From the NCBI GenBank assembly GCA_951406725.2, contig OX597826.1:1550001-1614000 (forward strand): a stretch of DNA of 64,000 bases, given 5' to 3'. The notes under the pieces are model-generated. The model was not told the DNA's origin. It was given only the letters and a program-made list of their open reading frames with translations, and ran no database searches. Made by a program: the position numbers and the translations under genes. Of this stretch, positions 1-11,575 are shown piece after piece. The stretch is from Octopus vulgaris. Taxonomy: Eukaryota. The first letter of the stretch is position 1, and each line of letters begins with the position of its first letter.

Positions 1-430
1 TGATAGGAAGAGCATCCATCTGCTTCCAAACACTGTCCGACCAACTCAAGCATGGAAAAATATATGTTAAAACAACCATGATGATCTTTTTTTCTATTTT
101 ATGTTAGTAAACAAAAAAGACATGGTGTAGGGTCAAGAGGACCCTTTTATCTTGCTGAGGACATGACAACCTCTTTGGTGCCAGTGCCATCATAGAGATG
201 CTTCCAGTATATTCTTTGCAGTGGTTGGTGATAGGAAGAGTGCCTAATGGTATAAGTCCAATCAAACATGTCATGCTTGAGCAATATTCAGTCCTCTGAT
301 TGGTTAAAGAGAGCAGGAACTCTGAATCCGAATTGACACACAGTATAACGATCAGGATAACCCATGCCAGTCCAAAAAGCAGACACATGAGGATTATGAT
401 GATATATGTGCGTGCACACATACACACACA

Positions 431-487
<57 letters not shown>

Positions 488-632
488 AGTCTTATAAAAA
501 TAATGATAAATATATTATATAAATATATATTAATCAATCCAAACATGAACAAGCAAGAAAAACCAACAACGCGAGGACGTGGAATAAGTACAGTGTTATT
601 GGACGCTCAGGAAAGGAAAGAAAAGTAAGAGG

Positions 633-667
633 GTTTCCCGTTTCGAGCGGAGCTCTTCATCAGAAAT
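633..667 (-). ncRNA. Degenerate minimal hammerhead ribozyme motif (Penelope-type tail fragment, ~530-667)
   Basis: Minus strand reads TTT-CTGATGA-A-GAGC-tcc-GCTC-GAAAC-GGG-AAA. Both core boxes and a 4-bp stem II are present, but the cleavage triplet is GGG rather than NUH. Confidence 0.6.
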
Positions 668-730
<63 letters not shown>

Positions 731-812
731 GAGAGAGAGCAATATATATGGGCTTATAAAAATAATATTATATATACACACACACACACGCCTACATGCA
801 CATGCATTATGA

Positions 813-874
<62 letters not shown>

Positions 875-1619
875 TTATATAAAAATGGTGTGTGTGAATA
901 AGTACATACATACTTTACAATGTTCACACATATCTAAATATATATATAAAACTAAATACATACACACACATATATATATATAACTAAATATACACTCACA
1001 CACACATATATACAAATATATATGAATGTGAGTGTGTGTACACACACACATATATATATATATACATAATACATATACACATACGTACGTACACATATGT
1101 ATATGTATTATATATATATATATATATTTGTACATAAAGTATATATGTATTCACACAGAAACATGAACTCTCTTATTCAAACAATTATACATATATACAC
1201 ATACACACATGCTCTCTCTCTCTCTCTCTCTTTCTCTCACACACACACATGTACATGTATGTTTGCATGTACAAATATTTCTTTTTCAAACTAGTTAAAA
1301 AAGAAGCTCAGACAATTTGTATATTTTCTCCTCCCCCTCCTTTGCATTATGATTCTCTATTGATGCAAATTAAATCAAGTCTCCAGCGAGAACTCTGTAG
1401 TGTACGAGAAACCGGTTGGACAGGTTTAAGACAAAAGGAACCCAGAACTTTAGAATTATAGGCTGAGAAACGCAGCAGTAGTCAGTTTTCTTTATGGATC
1501 ATTTAAAGATTTTATACCTGTTTTTTTTGAATCATGAAAATGAGTACAAACAACTGAACGGTCTTCAAGTATATTTATTTCTCTATTTAGTTATTTAGTT
1601 ATTGTTATTATTATTATTA

Positions 1620-1654
<35 letters not shown>

Positions 1655-1794
1655 TTGTAATGCCGTTTAGGCAATGATTTGGCAGGAATGACATAATGTC
1701 ATATAACCTTGTATATGTCGTTTAGTATTCAAATTCTCTCGAGGTTGATTAATTTGGTTTTTGTTCTTTGGTGTTGTTTTGTTATTGTTTTATC

Positions 1795-2177
1795 TTTTGC
1801 TTGTTGCAGTCATTGGACTGTGGTCATGCTGGAGCTCTGCCTTGAAGGGTTTTAGTCAACCAGCTCGACCAGGTACCTACTTTTTCAACTTTGTACTTAT
1901 TCTGTCACTCTCTTTTACAGAACTGCGAATTATAGGGACACAAATGAACCAACATTGGTTGACATGGTGAGGGTGGAGACAAACAAAATCACAAACACAC
2001 ACACATATATATTCACACATAAAGGGCTTCCACAGAGTTTCCATCTACCAAATTCATTCATTAAGGGTTTGGTTGGCCAGGGGCTATAAGAGTTGACACT
2101 TGCCCAAGGTGCTGTGCTATAAGACTGAACCCAGAACCTTGTGGTTGCAAAATACACTTCTTAACCACACAGCCACG
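1795..2177 (-). mobile_element. Octopus tRNA-derived SINE, family A (OR/CORE-type)
   Basis: Reverse complement of the element at 3564-3980. Confidence 0.85.
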
Positions 2178-2458
2178 TTTATATTGTTGTTGTTCTATTT
2201 CTAGCTTCTTGGTGAAAGATGTTCCAGCCAGGAAAATACCATGTTTATGCAGTAATGATGTAACAATGCCTACACACACACACACACACATCTATCCACC
2301 CATAAGACAGGCTTCTTTCAGCTTCTCCCTGCCAAATTCACTTGCTAGGCTTTGGTCAGCCTAGTGCTGTAATAGAAGACACTTGTCCATGGTGTCACAC
2401 TGTGGGACTGAACCTGAAACCATGTGGTTGAGAAGCAAACTTTTTAATCACAGTCATT

Positions 2459-2517
2459 TTTATTGATGTACCTGAAGAGAACCAGAAACGGTTGAAACGT
2501 GTGTTGCACCCAATAAA
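2459..2517 (+). ncRNA. Hammerhead ribozyme-like motif (type I, partly decayed)
   Basis: GTAC-CTGAAGA-G-AACC-agaaac-GGTT-GAAAC-gtgt-GTT-GCAC, with an extended stem I TTTATTG/CAATAAA; the 3' strand contains AATAAA. Confidence 0.6.
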
Positions 2518-2689
2518 GTCTATTCCACATCCCATCTCCTCTTTTATTAATACTGTTACCCCAACCGCCACTACGAGGTCCCTGCAAGAAATCTTCGGAT
2601 AACAACAGGTAACCGAAACTGTGCTTTACTCATCATCCATTTATACATTTTAGTCAAGTACATCAACATCAAAATAAAAATCAAATGGA

Positions 2690-3172
2690 AATTGTAGCTG
2701 TGATACCCATGTCGGTGGAACATAAAAAGCACCATCCAAATGTGGCCGATGCCAGTGCTGCCTTGACTGGCTTCCGTGCCGGTGGCATGTAAAAAGCACC
2801 AACCGATCGTGGCCGTTGCCAGCCTTCTCTGGCCCCTGTGCCGCTGGCACATAAAAAGCACCCACTACACTTATGCAGTGGTTGGTGTTAGGAAGGACAT
2901 CGAGCTGTAGAAACACTGGCTCCCGTGATGGTGGTACGTAAAAAGCACCAACCAAACGTGGCCGTTTCCCACCTGACTGGCTCCTGTGCCGGTGGCACAT
3001 AAAAAGCACCCCCTACACCCTCGGAATGGTTGGCATCAGGAAGGGCATCCAGCTGTAGAAACATTGCCAGATCAGACTGGAGCCTGGTGCAGCTTCCTGG
3101 CTTCCCAGACCCTGGTCAAACCGTCCAAACCATGCCAGCATGGAAAATGGATGTTAAATTATGATGATGATG
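2690..3172 (+). mobile_element. RTE-related 3' UTR / SINE-like repeat with internal tandem units
   Basis: Repeated GTGCCGGTGGCAYRTAAAAAGCACC units, then TGGTTGGCRTYAGGAAGGGCATCCAGCTGTAGAAAC and a (GAT)n tail. The same tail is joined to RTE coding sequence at 4962-5760. Confidence 0.75.
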
Positions 3173-3183
3173 TACAATTTCTC

Positions 3184-3220
<37 letters not shown>

Positions 3221-3221
3221 A

Positions 3222-3546
3222 TGAAGGCATGTGGTCCAGTGGTCAGAGCACTGGGCTCACAAAGATGAGATAGTGAGTTTGATTCCCAGACTGCGTTATG
3301 TGTTGTACTCTTGAGCAAGATACTTTATTTCATGTTACTCCAGTTCGCTAAGCTCTAGAAATGCGTTACAATGTCACTGGTGCCAAACTGCTTGTCTTCC
3401 TCTTGGAATAACATCAGTAACACAGAGAGGGGAGGCTTATTTGAATGGGAAACTCCTGGTCATCCATAAAAAACCTTGCTCGGATATGTGTCTTGGAAGG
3501 CAACTTTCTAAGTGCAACCCATGACCGAAGAGGGCCTTTACCTTTT
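3222..3546 (+). mobile_element. tRNA-derived SINE, family D (CORE/MESC-like central domain)
   Basis: A box TGGTCCAGTGG, B box GAGTTTGATTCC, then CTTGAGCAAGATACTTTATTTCATGTTACTCCAGTTC. Confidence 0.7.
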
Positions 3547-3563
3547 ATATATATATATACCAT

Positions 3564-3980
3564 AGGCGCAGGCGTGGCTCTGTGGTAAGTAGCTTGCTTA
3601 CAAACCACATCGTTCAAGGTTCAGTCTCACTGCATGACACCTTGAGCAAGTGTCTTCTGCTATAGTCTCGGGCCAACCAAAGTCTTGTGAGTGGATTTGG
3701 TAAACAGAAACTGTTTTTATATATATATATATGTGTGTGTGTGTATGTGGGTATACGTAAATTTGTGTGTGTTTCTGTGTTTGTCCCCACCACCATCGCT
3801 TGACAACCAATGTTGGTGTGTTTACATCCCTGTAACTTAGCAGTTTTGCAAAAAGAGACCGATAGAATAAGTACTTGGCTTGCAAAGAATAAGTCCTGCG
3901 GGGTTGATTTGTTCAACTAGAGACAGTGCTCCAGCATGGCTGCAGTTAAATGACTGAAACAAATAAAAGAATAAAAGAAT
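3564..3980 (+). mobile_element. Octopus tRNA-derived SINE, family A, full length
   Basis: Head GGCGCAGGCGTGGCT...TGGTAAG and GGTTCAGTC, core CACCTTGRGCAAGTGTCTTCT...GTGAGTGGATTTGGTARA, internal (TA)n(TG)n, AAAAGAAT tail. More than 25 full or partial copies in the window. Confidence 0.9.
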
Positions 3981-4562
3981 ATATTTAGAGGTTCGGTGAG
4001 TGTTTGATAAGGGTTAATGCACAAAACTCCCACCTCTTGAGTCACTCTATTGCTTCAGCTAAATATTAATATATATATATATATATATATAAATATGGAA
4101 AAACACACCCACACCTGTGTATGTGTGTGAGTGTGAGGGTAACTTGACTCATTGCTATTGTGTAAGGCAGACATAATTGAACGTAACACTTACTTGTAAG
4201 AAATCGATATTATTAACACAATCATGTTGCCAGACACTAAATCTTCAGATTCTCTTGTATTTACTGTCTTTTCAATAGAATTTCTTAATTTCTTCCAGAC
4301 ATTACTTGAAATGCAGTGAATCTTCGTAAAGTGAGAATACATTTTTTTTTTTTTTTCTATTTCTTTTCCTTTTTTTATCGGAAGATGACTTGAATATTAT
4401 GAATGAGACACATTAACTAGTTCAATCAAATTACTAATTTATTGCAAAATATATTAAATAATTTTATTTTTTAAATTGTACTCGTTTGTGACAGCCATTT
4501 CCCAGTTGGATGCTAAATTATGAGTAAAAATTAACATAAACGAAGTTGATTGCCCATACAAT

Positions 4563-4780
4563 GGTTTCAAATTTTGCCACAAGGGCAGCAATATTGGGGG
4601 AGGGGGATGAGTTGATTAGACCGACACCAGTGCACAACTGGTACTCATTTTATTGACCCCAACAGGATGAAAAACAAAGTCGACCTCGGTGAAATTTAAA
4701 CTCAGAATGTAGCAACACGTGAAATACTGCCAAGCATTTCGCCCAGCAAACCAACGACTCCGCCAGATCACCACCTTGAT
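4563..4780 (-). mobile_element. SINE family B (MetaSINE-like domain)
   Basis: Reverse complement matches the family motif TTTCATCCTTTCGGGGTCGATAAA-TRAGTACCAG and head GAGCTGGCAGAA...CTGAGTTCAAATTC seen at 40925-41160. Confidence 0.8.
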
Positions 4781-4873
4781 AATAATTTCAGATTTTTGCC
4801 ACAAGGGCAGCTTAGGGGAAGGGGAGATGAGTCAATTGCATCAACACCAGTGTTGATATATATATGCACACAA

Positions 4874-4910
<37 letters not shown>

Positions 4911-4961
4911 TGCACACACATGCACACATACATACATACCTACTACTCTTCTAATTTACTA

Positions 4962-5760
4962 ATCATTTAACGTCTGTTTTTCCATGCTGGCATGGGTTGG
5001 ACAGTCAGACAGGAGATGATCAGCTGAAGAGCTGCTGCCTGGGCTTCATTTGTCTGTCTTGGCATGGTTTCTACAGCTGGATGTCCTTCCCAATGCTATC
5101 CACTTTACAAAGTGTAGTGGGTGCTTCTATGCAGCACTGGCACAGGGCCCTTTTTATGTGGTACTAGCATCGTTGAGCCTGCAAGATTGGGGAATATTCA
5201 GCTGGAGAGGGATGCAGGGGAGAGGGATGCAGGGGAGAGGGATGCAGGGGAGAGGGATGCAGGGGAGAGGGATGCAGGGGAGAGGGATGCAGGGGAGAGG
5301 GATGCAGGGGAGAGGGATGCAGGGGAGAGGGATGCAAGGGAGAGGGATGCAGGGGAGAGGGATGCAGGGGAGAGGGATGCAGGGGAGAGGGATGCAGGGG
5401 AGAGGGATGCAGGGGAGAGGGATGCAGGGGGGAGGGATGCAGGGGGGAGGGATGCAGGGGAGAGGGATGCAGGGGAGAGGGATGCAGGGGAGAGGGATGC
5501 AGGAGAGAGGGATGCAGGGGAGAGGGATGCAGGGGAGAGGCCTTTTATGCAAAGACAACCACATATTTACTTAACTTGATGTGTCTTCTGCAGCACCCCA
5601 CAAACTGCCAGGAGTCTTGGTCCCTTGTCATTCCCTCTGTGAGGTCCAACATCTGTAGATCCTTTCTCACCACTTCGTCTCACATCTTCCTGGGTCTACC
5701 CCTTCCACATGTTCCCTCCACAATCAGTGATTGGCACCTCTTGATGTAGCTGTCTTCATT
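4962..5760 (-). mobile_element. RTE-clade LINE 3' end (pseudogenised RT C-terminus plus 3' UTR)
   Basis: Minus strand translates NEDSYIKRCQSLIVEGTCGRGRPRKM*DEVVRKDLQMLDLTEGMTRDQDSW, which fits the RTE C-terminal 'G.R.RGRPR..W.D.V..D' motif. Confidence 0.85.
5204..5540. repeat. 15-bp minisatellite (GGAGAGGGATGCAGG)n, about 22 copies
   Basis: Direct reading; few substitutions between units. Confidence 0.97.
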
Positions 5761-6890
5761 CACGCACACGCATGCGCATGCACGCACGCACACACAGGGC
5801 TTCTTTCAGTTTCTGTCTATCATATCCACTCACAAAACTTTGGTGAGTTTCGGGTTATAGTAGAAGACATTTGTCCAAGGTGCCACGCAGTGGATTGAAC
5901 CTGTGACCATGTGGTTAAGAGACAAACCTTTTACTGCACAGTCATACAAACATCATTGCAAAATATTTACATCAATAGGTGAGTGGCTGTGGCATTCAAT
6001 TCTTAACCAATGCATCATTGAATGAGGTAAATCATTAATTAAACTCTTATATTTTCTGGGCTCTGAGGCTAAGAAGCTCACTTCGTAACCATTTGGTTTT
6101 GAGTTCAGTTCCACTGCACAGCACTGTGTGCAAGTATCTTCTCCTATAGCCTTGAGCTGACCAATGCTTTGAGAGTGGATGTGGTAGGTGGATACTCTGG
6201 AGAGGCATGTGCCAGTGTAGGTAGTAAGCTCTTTTAACACCTGTTGCAAGAGGTGTCCATCACTGCTACATCTATGCAAAAGAATGTTGTTCTCTAGCTA
6301 GCATGAGTTGTATTGTTTGAAAGGATCTGATGAGCCCCAGGGATGCATCATGCTCCATTTTAGCTTCAGTATGGTCTCTATGGCTTGATGCCCTTCCTAA
6401 CACTAACCACTTTACTATATGCATAAAACAAGTAATTATGACTGGTGTTATTCAAACACACAACCTTCCAATCTGGAACGTATGCACAAAAAGTTTTTTA
6501 TTTGTCAAATTTCTCCAATACAAATTAGAAATGAACTAATTTAAAGAACAAAGCTGCTTCAATAAAATTTGGGCAGCAACAAATATAGATTTTTTTGTTT
6601 TTGCTACTGTTTGCAAACTATATTTAGAGAGCATGTACAAAGTAATTTCTTTCTTTCTTGTGTGAGGGCATGGATGGCTGAGCTGACAGAATACCAAGCA
6701 ACAAGTGAACAGATCAATGATCTTGTCAATAGCATTGATGTGTGTTTATGGTGTAGTGTATTTATTCTTACTGGGCCAAGAGGGAGTGGCACTGGCTACA
6801 GCCTTGTTGATAGGATAAGGTCATTGACCAGTGAAGAGGTCAATGGTCTATGTCTTGTCAATGACATTGATGTGCATTTATGGTCTTGTG

Positions 6891-7146
6891 CAGTGGTTTT
6901 CAACTGGGGTCCACGTGACCCCTGGAGCACCATATAAGATTTTTGGGGTTCATGCAAGCACTATAGTAAATTGAGGATCTACAGTAGTATATTAAAGGTC
7001 CATGAAAATTTTTTACTTTAGATATATCTATTGCAAGTAACACAGTTAGGTTTCTTTCTCTGACATTTTACATAGTTCAGTTGACACAAGTTAATAAACG
7101 ATAGATAAAATAGGAATTTTGAAAGAAGAATCTATAAAACTAGTCT
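6891..7146 (+). mobile_element. hAT-like non-autonomous DNA element fragment
   Basis: Starts CAGTGGTTTTCAACTGGGGTCC, an hAT-type terminus. A related sequence lies at ~59617-59760. Confidence 0.5.
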
Positions 7147-7150
7147 TTAA

Positions 7151-7372
7151 CCCTTTTGTTGCCATATTTCTGTTGAGGTTCTCCGTGTTTCTTTCAATTA
7201 CTTTAAATCTAACAAAGAATTTAGTAAAATAACTTAGTTATCATTCAGCTAGTTGTTAGGAACATAAGTTGTGACTAAGGTTTGGTGGAAGATTTTAATT
7301 CAAAACTTATGGAAACAAGACATTTGTACAACAGAGCCAGAACCGGTTTCAGCCGGGTTGGTAACGAAAGGG
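7151..7372 (+). mobile_element. piggyBac-like MITE, family 1
   Basis: TTAA target duplication at 7147-7150 and 7373-7376; TIRs CCCTTTTGTTGCCA / TGGTAACGAAAGGG. A second copy lies at 23467-23672. Confidence 0.85.
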
Positions 7373-8128
7373 TTAAACATCAAATGGCTATAGGGGTCTA
7401 CCAGAATAAAATTGTAAACTGGCCATTTATGGCTCAAATATTCTACCTGATTCATGTTCAAACTAGCAAGATCCAGCCTCTCACACCTATCCTACAATGT
7501 CATTCTAAAAATAAGCAATCACCTTATCGAAATCTCAAAGCCGTGAGCTAATACAGGATTAATTCAGAACACTGTGAATAAATAAGCATAACATTTGACA
7601 GGGTAATCGGATACGTTAATGAGTTAAAGGAAATTTTGAAAGACAATTTAAATTTAGATCACTTAATAACAACAAGTTTGTATCATAGAACCAGTGGTAG
7701 TCTTGGACAGATGAATACCAAAAGGTTTAATCACACAATATCAAATCTTATAGGTGTGAATGTGTGTTATAAGATTTCATGGTGGTGCTTGCAACCAGCT
7801 GCATCTTTGCTGTGCGGGAGAGGGAGAGGCATCTAAATTTATAAGTATAGATTTAACTATCTGCTTTTTTTTATATATATATATTTACAGTGGGTGTGGT
7901 CTTAGAATATGTATGAATGAGAAAGCAACAGAAAAAGGAGTGAGAAGGCTAGAAGAGAAAGGACATATGAAGAGATAATGAGAGAAAGAAGGAGAGCGAA
8001 GGAGAGAGAATGAGTAAGAGGTCTATGACCTTCACAACTGTTTATTTTGTTGCATTTGTGTTTGTATGAGTCTCTGAAAGGTAAACAGCAGACACGGCAC
8101 CAACTTTAAGACTTATGATGATCCTTAC

Positions 8129-8137
8129 TTGAAGCAG
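8129..8137 (-). CDS. Candidate 9-nt microexon (CTGCTTCAA)
   Basis: Minus strand ttttctttttcttttattttggttgcag|CTGCTTCAA|gtaagg: long pyrimidine tract, strong donor, length divisible by 3. Confidence 0.4.
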
Positions 8138-8354
8138 CTGCAACCAAAATAAAAGAAAAAGAAAATGATTTTTCCAAAAAGATCTTGGATTGTTATTTTT
8201 TAAAATTTTGAAATTGTGTATTGAATCTGTTTAAATATATGTGTGTGTATGTGTTTATACATATCTATTAGTGTGTGTATATGTTGTGTTTATATATATA
8301 TCTATAATTGCGCATATGTATTTTATATATATATATATCATTGCACATGTGTTT

Positions 8355-8402
<48 letters not shown>

Positions 8403-9902
8403 GTACAGATAATTCGCTTACCACTTGCGATGGTATTTTAATAATACCATCCCTATATTTATATATATATACTCATACACACACACACACATTTGTGTGT
8501 GTATGTATGTGCACACACACACATTTGTGTGTGTATGTATGTGCACACACACACACACACACACACATTTAAAACTGAAAGGCTTGACACCAGTATATTC
8601 CTGGTACATATTGTGTTGATGGAAAAGGACTTCAAAAAAGAAATGTAGAGTGAAGCTTATCACAAGTTGACTGTGGAATTATGTGGAAAGAAGAAGAAAT
8701 GGATAAAAGCATTCTAATTTTCTTGGCCATCATCAACAGCATCAATGCCCCCCCCCGCCGCTGCCACCCACTAAAAAAAACAAAAACTAACTTCTTACTC
8801 ATCTCTTCTACACAAACCAGATGCTGTCCTCTTAGCCATCTACTACATTACTACAGCATTAACCCTAACCCTAGACATCACATGCAAATGCCTGGCTTTT
8901 GAAAGGCCTGTCAGCTCATAGTTACCTTGCACCCTAGAACTACCTTTGAAGCTACCCCATTTCCACAGTTCCCAGGTTGGGAGTTTCTCTGCTAAGATGC
9001 GGCTTAAGGCAGATTTGGCTGCTATTTTCTCACAGGTCAATCAACCACATAAAAGCTACTTCACTGGTTCACAATAGAATGAAGAACAGAACAGAATTAG
9101 TCTAATATTAAGACAACGTAATTGATATTTAATCATCATCACCATTTAACATCTGTTTTTCCATGCTGGTATGGGTTGGGCTGTTTGATAGGAGCTGACA
9201 AGCCAGAGACCTGTGTCAAACTCCTACTGCCAGCTTTGGCATGGTTTTTATGGCTGGATGCTCTTTCTAATGCCAACCACTTCAGAGAGGGTACTGGGTG
9301 CTTTTTACATAGCATCAGCACCTGATAATTTCATCTCTCTCTCTTAATTTGTTTAATAATTTGGTAGCAAAATTAAGTCAACTTCCATTATTTTGTACAT
9401 TTATATATATTTATTTGTTTGTTTATCTTAAATATCAATGTGAATATCAAGGAATAAATTATAATATGCAAAAAAGGAAAACAAATTAAAATAAGCAAAA
9501 ATTATAATTAAATGAATTATAGAATAAAACTATAGGAATTTTTGTTAAAAGAAATAAAAACAAAATTTAAAAATTCCATCTCATTTCACAAAATAATTTT
9601 TAGATTATCAAAAAAAAACAAAAAAACTATGTAAACAATATTATTGTTTTTGATGGCTTTTGTGTAATGGAAACTGAATCAAAATGCCAAACGTTTAACA
9701 TTTTAGTTGATGATGATGGGACAGATGAGGATAATGAAGAGAGGGGTGGTCATGACGAGAGAATGATGACGACGATTTTGCTGTTGGATAGTGAAGAGAA
9801 TGATGAGAGAATGATGACAATGTTGGTTTTGTTGCTGATGACAACAATGATGATGGTGAGAGAACAATGATGATGTTGGTTTTGATACTGATGACAACAA
9901 TG

Positions 9903-10316
9903 ACAGGTGTGGCTGTGTGGTAAGTAGCTTTACCAATCACATGGTTCTGGGTTCAGTCCCACTGTGTGACACCTTGGGCAAGTGTCTTCTACTATAGCCT
10001 CGGGCCAACCAAAGCCTTGAGTGGATTTGGTAAACAGAAACTGAAAGAAGCCCGTCGTATATATGTATATATATATATATGTATATATGTGTGTGTATAT
10101 GTTTGTGCGTCTGTGTTTGTCCCTCCCTCCCCCAACATCGCTTGACAACCGATGCAGGTGTGTTTATGTCCCCGTAACTTAGCAGTTCAGCAAAAGAGAC
10201 CGATAGAATAAGTACTAGGCTTACAAAGAATAAGTCCTGGGGTTGACTTGCTTGACTAAAGGCGATGCTCCAACATGGCCACAGTCAAATGACTGAAACA
10301 AGTAAAAGAATAAAAA
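9903..10316 (+). mobile_element. SINE family A, full length
   Basis: Near-consensus copy of the 3564-3980 element. Confidence 0.9.
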
Positions 10317-10744
10317 GGACGAAGAGGATGATGATGATGTGTTGTCAGTAATATCATCATTGTTGTTCAGCTCAAGGTCAGCAATGATCATGGAAAGTTG
10401 GTCAGATCCATGGCCAATGGTGTTCCGACCATGGATATTTCTCAGCTCCACACAAATAGATATACATACTTAAATGCACTACGGCCGTGACCATCCCATC
10501 TAATTTTTAGACAAATTACGTCAAGGACAACATATTTTCAAAACACTAGACTGTGATTTCAGGGAGATTTGGCTACCATTTCTATGAAGTCAAAGACTCC
10601 ATCACACTTCCATGCATTTAGTTTGAAGATGATGATGATGACAATGATGACAATGATGGTAAGTAGAATGATGAAGAGGAAGAGAAGGAAGAAATAAAGG
10701 ATAAGGGAAAGTTTGTATCAATGTCAACGATGATGATTACAAGA

Positions 10745-11091
10745 GTAATGATAATAATAATATATAATATATAATGAAATTATTGTATCCAGTGCTCAGA
10801 TGCACCACAACTTATCAAAAGTGTGTATAAAGCATATGCAGTAATTTACAAATGTCTGGAAAGTGAATAGTGTATGAGTCAGATACATGCTTGCGTGTGT
10901 ATGGAGGGGAGAAAATCAGGTGTAGTGTTGGCGAATCTCAGGAAGCATGGAAGTTTTTAAGGATGCAGTGCTCCGACAAATAACAACTGATGCCAGCAGT
11001 TTGTTCCATACTTCAGCAACTCTTAGCATGAACAAATGTTTTCGAAAGTCATGGGAGCTGTGCTGTTTTCTGACTTTGTAAATATGTCCAC
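10745..11091 (-). mobile_element. CR1-clade LINE 3' end
   Basis: Minus strand translates GHIYKVRKQHSSHDFRKHLFMLRVAEVWNKLLASVV...STASLK, fitting the CR1 'GH..K...R..FF..RV...WN.LP..VV' motif. A 3' UTR and an ATT-rich tail follow. Confidence 0.8.
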
Positions 11092-11096
11092 AAGTA

Positions 11097-11575
11097 TTGT
11101 TGTTAACACGTTTTGGCTGATATACCCTCCAACCTTCTTCAGGTGCCTTGGGGGAAATTTCAAACCTGGGTTCTCTTTCCTAAGGTATATTTTTCAATGT
11201 TATTATTATTATTAATATTATTGTTCAGGTCACTGCTTGGAATCAAACTCAGAATCTTGGGTTTAGTATCCTTCGCTCTTAACCACCATGCCATAACGCC
11301 TTATGCCCATTACGCCATATGCCCATGGGTATATGGTGTAATGGCATAGTGGTTAAGAGTGCAGGCTACTAATCCCAAGATTCTGAGTTTGATTCCAAGC
11401 AGTGACCTGAACAATAATATTAATAATAATAATAACATCGAAAAATATACCATAGGAATGAGAACCCAGGTTTGAAATTTTCCCAAGACACCTGATGAAG
11501 GCTGGAGAGTATATCAGCTGAAACATGTTAACAACAAACAAGATGAGGACAAATATCTGTTGAATGTAAATAATG
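11097..11575. mobile_element. Fold-back palindrome: two head-to-head units of tRNA-like head + (AAT)n + Penelope-type hammerhead tail
   Basis: Arms 11097-11325 and 11326-11537 are reverse complements around the spacerless centre GCCCA|TGGGT. The tRNA-like head is at 11335-11407; CTGATGA-A-GGCTG...CAGCT-GAAAC is at ~11492-11524. Confidence 0.85.

Noticed and set aside
300-1294. ORFs rich in [12 protein letters not shown], here and throughout the window
   Set aside because: They are translations of (TA)n, (TG)n and (CA)n microsatellites.
5050-5579. MQGRG / ERDAG / PLPCI repeat proteins
   Set aside because: Stop-free minisatellite inside an RTE remnant; no splice or other gene evidence.
11335-11407. 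Functional tRNA gene
   Set aside because: The acceptor stem does not pair, the B box is decayed and there is no oligo-T terminator; it is an element head.
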